Shown one piece after another: positions 60,270 to 64,000 of a stretch of DNA of 64,000 bases. The notes below the pieces were generated by a model, which did not search any database, had not been told where the DNA came from, and worked only from the letters and a program-made list of their open reading frames with translations. The first letter of the stretch is position 1, and each line of letters opens with the position of its first letter. The position numbers and the translations under genes were made by a program. Origin of the DNA: an uncultured Chloroflexia bacterium (GTDB lineage Bacteria; Chloroflexota; Limnocylindria; Limnocylindrales; CSP1-4); assembly GCA_963810065.1 (NCBI GenBank), contig CAWELX010000001.1, positions 41,750 through 105,749 on the forward strand, given 5' to 3'.

Positions 60270-60297
60270 CAAGGCGGCTCCGGGCGGAGCCGCCTTG
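60270..60297. other. Perfect inverted repeat between tRNA genes (processing or terminator hairpin)
   Basis: CAAGGCGGCTCCG-GG-CGGAGCCGCCTTG. Confidence 0.6.
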
Positions 60298-60313
60298 AAC
60301 CTTCGCAGGAGGG

Positions 60314-60398
60314 TGGTGCCCAGGCCGGGACTTGAACCCGGATGAGTTGCCTCATACGCCCCTCAAACGTACGCGTATACCAATTCCGCCACCTGGGC
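60314..60398 (-). tRNA. tRNA-Leu(GAG)
   Basis: Anticodon loop TTGAGGG, long variable arm, CCA. Confidence 0.96.
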
Positions 60399-60424
60399 CG
60401 GTGTGCTGTTCGTTGCCGACGAAG

Positions 60425-60511
60425 TGGTACCGAGGAAGGGATTTGAACCCATACGCCCTTGCGGACACTAGCTCCTGAAGCTAGCGCGTCTACCAGTTCC
60501 GCCACCTCGGC
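60425..60511 (-). tRNA. tRNA-Leu(CAG)
   Basis: Anticodon loop TTCAGGA, long variable arm, CCA. Confidence 0.96.
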
Positions 60512-60538
60512 AGCGTGGAGAGACACAGGCGGCGAGGG

Positions 60539-62227
60539 TCACCGTCCGGTCGTGTCCCATCGTATCACGTCCCAGAATCGCCCACCCGGATCCGCGATCG
60601 GCCGGCGTGCAGGGCCGGCGAGCTCGCTGCCCGCCACGAGCACGCTGTCGCGGAAGAACAACGTCGGCATCGGCTGCAGCGTCCCGAGGACCGACTGCAG
60701 GCTGCTGTAGGCCTTCTTCCGCTCGGCGGCGGTGCCCGGCGCGCGCGCCGCGACGAGGGCGGCGTCCAGCACCGGGTTCTGGATCCCGCTCACGTTCGCG
60801 CCGCCTCCACGGGCCTGCGTCGATGCCAGGATCGGGTACGGATCCGGGTCCAGGCCCATGTTCACGTCCACGACGGCTGCGACGAACGTCCCCGTGCGAA
60901 GCCGATCCACGAACTCCCCGGGAGGGAGCGCCTCCACGGTCGTCGCGAGGCCGAGTGAGGTCCACGCCGCGGCGACGCGCGTGGCGGCGGCAAAGACGAT
61001 GGGGCTCGCCGAGCGCTCCGGCGCCAGGAGCGTCACCTTCAGCGGCTTCGAGGCGCGCGGCGGGATCCAGGCCTTCGCGGGCCGCCGCCAGCCGGCGTCC
61101 TTGAGTCCCCTTGCGGCGGCCGCGCGATCGTAGACGACCTCCGGGGCAGCCTTGGCGTCGTAGGCCCACGAGGAGGGCGGGATCAGCGTGTCCGCCCGCA
61201 CACCGGCGCCGCGCAGGAAGTCCGCGATCATGTCCGGCCGATCCACGGCGGCCAGCAGCGCCCGCCGGGTCCGTGGATCCGCGAACGGGCCGCCGGGACT
61301 CTGCAGGTTGAACGTGATGGCTGTGACGGTCGTGCCCGGGTAGTTGATCGCGCGCGCCCCCGGCGTGGCCTCCGCGAGGGTCATCGCCGCGGCCTGCGCC
61401 AGGCCCCCCGCTGATCCGACTTCCCCGGCGGCGAAGGCGGCACCGAGCGCATCGCCCGTGTCATAGAAGCGGAGCTCCAGCTGGGGCAGCCGGGGAATGC
61501 GCGTCACGGTCTGCCCGGCCTGCGGGCCGTCCAGGGGCAGGGACGAATCGCGGACCGGTGGCAGGACGGGCTCCAGGACGGCGGCATCCTCGGTGAGGCT
61601 GACGAGGGCGAAGGCGCCGTTGCCGATGGGCTGGCTCGCGAACGGGTCGTCGACCAGGGCGGCGACGGGGACGTCCCAGAGCAGGTGCGCCGGCATCAGG
61701 GGGAGCGTCGCCGCCTGCAGGAAGCCGCCGACCGGGTCGCCGAGATCGAAGCGCACAGTGTGCTCGTCGAGCGCGCTGGCCTTCACCTGCGCCCACGTGG
61801 CGGCGAGCGGGCCGGTGTAGTCGGGGTCCTGGAGGACGTCCACCGTGTAGATGACGTCGGCGCTCGTCACCGGCGTGCCGTCGTGCCACCATGCGTCGTC
61901 GCGGAGGTGGAACGTCCAGCGGGCGCCCTTCCTGTCGACAACCCACCGGGAGGCGAGATCCGGGAGCACGGAGTTGCCGGGCCCCAGGCGCACGAGGCCC
62001 CGGAAGAGCAGCGCGACGAGGTCCCGATCGGCCTGCGTGCGGGCGGTCAGCGGCGTGATCGATGACGGGCGTCCCAGGACACCCTCGACGTGGCCGGCGA
62101 CGGGAGCCGGGGTCGGGCTGGGCGCGGGGGTTGCGGCGGGCGCCAGGGATGGGAGCGCCACGATGCCCGCGAGGATGGCGAGGACCGCGACCAGGGCCAC
62201 GACGATGCCGCCGTCACGTCGGCTCAC
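60539..62227 (-). CDS. Peptide/nickel ABC substrate-binding protein (family 5), TM-anchored
   Basis: LLFRGL, PDLA..W, WHDGTPVTSADV, PIGNGAF, AVDR; GTG start. Confidence 0.9.
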   Translation of the reverse strand: MSRRDGGIVVALVAVLAILAGIVALPSLAPAATPAPSPTPAPVAGHVEGVLGRPSSITPLTARTQADRDLVALLFRGLVRLGPGNSVLPDLASRWVVDRKGARWTFHLRDDAWWHDGTPVTSADVIYTVDVLQDPDYTGPLAATWAQVKASALDEHTVRFDLGDPVGGFLQAATLPLMPAHLLWDVPVAALVDDPFASQPIGNGAFALVSLTEDAAVLEPVLPPVRDSSLPLDGPQAGQTVTRIPRLPQLELRFYDTGDALGAAFAAGEVGSAGGLAQAAAMTLAEATPGARAINYPGTTVTAITFNLQSPGGPFADPRTRRALLAAVDRPDMIADFLRGAGVRADTLIPPSSWAYDAKAAPEVVYDRAAAARGLKDAGWRRPAKAWIPPRASKPLKVTLLAPERSASPIVFAAATRVAAAWTSLGLATTVEALPPGEFVDRLRTGTFVAAVVDVNMGLDPDPYPILASTQARGGGANVSGIQNPVLDAALVAARAPGTAAERKKAYSSLQSVLGTLQPMPTLFFRDSVLVAGSELAGPARRPIADPGGRFWDVIRWDTTGR

Positions 62228-62255
62228 GGGGCGCGCTCCCGTGGCGCGGGCGCGC

Positions 62256-62486
62256 TCAGGCCGCGATCGGCGTGAAGAGGTAGCTCGCCAGCGAGAAGAC
62301 CGCGAAGAGCACGGCCAGGACGATCGTGAACTGCCACAGGCGCCGCTCGATGCCACGCCGGCTGCGGTAGACGGCGGAGTCGCCACCGAACGCGCCGGAC
62401 AGCCCTGTTCCCCGTGCCTGCATGAGGATGGCGACCATCAACGCGATGCTGACGATGAGCTGGCCGAAGGCCAGGAACGGGTTCAC
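62256..62486 (-). CDS. secG: Preprotein translocase SecG
   Basis: ILMQARGTGLSGAFGG..RSRRGIERRL. Confidence 0.95.
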   Translation of the reverse strand: MNPFLAFGQLIVSIALMVAILMQARGTGLSGAFGGDSAVYRSRRGIERRLWQFTIVLAVLFAVFSLASYLFTPIAA

Positions 62487-62563
62487 TCTGGGGGGATCCT
62501 CTCAGCGGGTGGGCCGCGCGGGATCGTAGCACATGGCGCGCCATCTCCCGTTCGCCGACGGCA

Positions 62564-63316
62564 TCAGGCAGGCTTCGCGGTTCCCTGCGCAGCCACCGCG
62601 GCGGCCGCTGCCGCGACGCGATCCGGATCGCCGAGGTAGCGCCCGGAGCGCGGCCGGAGGGCCTCGTCGAGGTCATACACGTACGGCACGCCCGTGGGGA
62701 TGTTGAGGCCCACGATCTCCTCGTCGGAGATCCCGTCCAGGTATTTCACGAGCGCCCGGAGGCTGTTGCCGTGCGCCGCCACCAGCACCTTCTTCCCGTG
62801 CAGGAGCGCCGGCGCGATGTCCGACTCCCAGAACGGGAGGAAGCGGGCAACGGTGTCCTTCAAGGATTCACAGCGCGGAAGGTCAGCATCGGCGAGTCCG
62901 CCGTAGCGCGGGTCGTGGCCCGGGAAGCGCTCGTCGTCGACGGTCAGCGCCGGGGGTGGGACGTCGTAGCTGCGGCGCCAGAGCTTCACTTGCTCGTCGC
63001 CGAACTTCGCCGCCGTCTCGGCCTTGTTGAGGCCTTGCAGCGCCCCGTAGTGGCGCTCATTGAGGCGCCACGAGTTCTCGACCGGAAGCCACATCTGGTC
63101 CATCTCGTCGAGGGCGATCCACAGCGTCCGGATCGCCCGCTTGAGGACGGAGGTGTACGCCACGTCGAACCGGTAGGCCTCGCCGCGGAGGAGCCGCCCG
63201 GCGTCGTGCGCCTCCGCGACGCCGGTCTCCGAGAGGTCGACGTCGGTCCACCCGGTGAAGCGGTTCTCCTTGTTCCAGGTGCTCTCGCCGTGGCGAAGAA
63301 GGACGAGGGTCGGCAT
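62564..63316 (-). CDS. gpmA: 2,3-BPG-dependent phosphoglycerate mutase
   Basis: [24 protein letters not shown]. Confidence 0.98.
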   Translation of the reverse strand: MPTLVLLRHGESTWNKENRFTGWTDVDLSETGVAEAHDAGRLLRGEAYRFDVAYTSVLKRAIRTLWIALDEMDQMWLPVENSWRLNERHYGALQGLNKAETAAKFGDEQVKLWRRSYDVPPPALTVDDERFPGHDPRYGGLADADLPRCESLKDTVARFLPFWESDIAPALLHGKKVLVAAHGNSLRALVKYLDGISDEEIVGLNIPTGVPYVYDLDEALRPRSGRYLGDPDRVAAAAAAVAAQGTAKPA

Positions 63317-63379
63317 CGAGAGTGCTCCGTGGGTTGGTAGCTCCGAGGGCGAAGACGGACGGGCGTCCGGGAGGGCGGC

Positions 63380-64000
63380 TCAGGCGCCGGCGGCGCGACG
63401 GGCGGCTGCCGTCACCGCGGCACGCCCCACCATCCCCGCCATCTCGTCCGGCTTGAGCGAGGCGCCGCCGACGAGCGCGCCATCGATCGACGGCTCGGCC
63501 AGGAAGTCGCCGATGTTCGCGGCCGTGCAGCTCCCGCCGTACAGGATGGGGGTTGCCGCGGCCCGCTGGTCCCAGCCGAGCTCGAGCAGCGTGGCCCGGA
63601 TCGCGTCGGCCATGGCCGCTGCGTCGGCGCTCGACGCGGTCCGGCCCGTCCCGATCGCCCAGACCGGCTCGTAGGCGATGACGAGGCCCGCGGCGGCGAG
63701 GGCGCCGGCATCGTGGTCGGCGAGGGCACCTCGCAGCTGCGACGCGACCACCTCGACGGCGCGGCCGTCTTCGCGCTCCGCCAGCTGCTCGCCGACGCAG
63801 AAGATCGGGCGCAGCCCGGCATCGAGCGCTCGGCGCAGCTTGCGCCCGATGAGCGCGTCGGTCTCGCCGGCGTCGCGCCGGCGCTCCGAGTGGCCCAGGA
63901 TGACCCAGGTGGCCAGCCCGGCCAGCATGGGCGCGCTGATCTCGCCGGTGTAGGCGCCGGCCAGCTCGTGGTGGATGTTCTGGGCGCCCACGCCGATCCC
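63380..64000 (-). CDS. tpiA: Triosephosphate isomerase (3' part)
   Basis: GAYTGE, GHSERR, AYEPVWAIGTG, LYGGS, LVGGASL. Confidence 0.98.
   Translation of the reverse strand, partial: GIGVGAQNIHHELAGAYTGEISAPMLAGLATWVILGHSERRRDAGETDALIGRKLRRALDAGLRPIFCVGEQLAEREDGRAVEVVASQLRGALADHDAGALAAAGLVIAYEPVWAIGTGRTASSADAAAMADAIRATLLELGWDQRAAATPILYGGSCTAANIGDFLAEPSIDGALVGGASLKPDEMAGMVGRAAVTAAARRAAGA

Overview
Very high-GC bacterial chromosome segment. Gene content and order suggest Chloroflexota, possibly Limnocylindria/Ellin6529-like (inference). Most of it is minus-strand core housekeeping: tpiA-gpmA-secG-SBP, 8 tRNAs, lemA-htpX, rpsF-ssb-rpsR, ilvE, ileS-lspA-rluD-gmk-priA, def-fmt-rlmN-rpe-dtd, rpmB, asp23-DAK2-recG-rsmD-coaD, yceD-rpmF-plsX-asp23-nusB-acpP-rnc-smc-ftsY-ffh-rpsP-khpA-rimM-trmD-rplS-rnhB-yraN, rpsB-tsf-pyrH-frr-uppS-cdsA-dxr-rseP-ispG and nusA-ylxR-infB. 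A small accessory patch (53.7-57.5 kb) holds a CpaE-like receiver-ATPase, an orphan DUF4280 PAAR-like gene, a DUF1003 gene, two small unknown ORFs and a DinB-family gene. No integrase, transposase, CRISPR array or rRNA was seen. Most notable observations: (i) four conserved genes appear to need non-AUG/GUG/UUG start codons (GTA, CTG/ATC, ATT, ATC), each behind an SD-like motif; (ii) the ACP lacks its phosphopantetheine serine (DLL instead of DSL); (iii) ftsY and probably priA are frameshifted at N-terminal tandem repeats; (iv) a leaderless 4-Cys microprotein has a direct-repeat operator; (v) Rpe has an extra C-terminal domain, and RNase HII lacks the GRG motif. Several of these could be assembly errors and need read-level checks.
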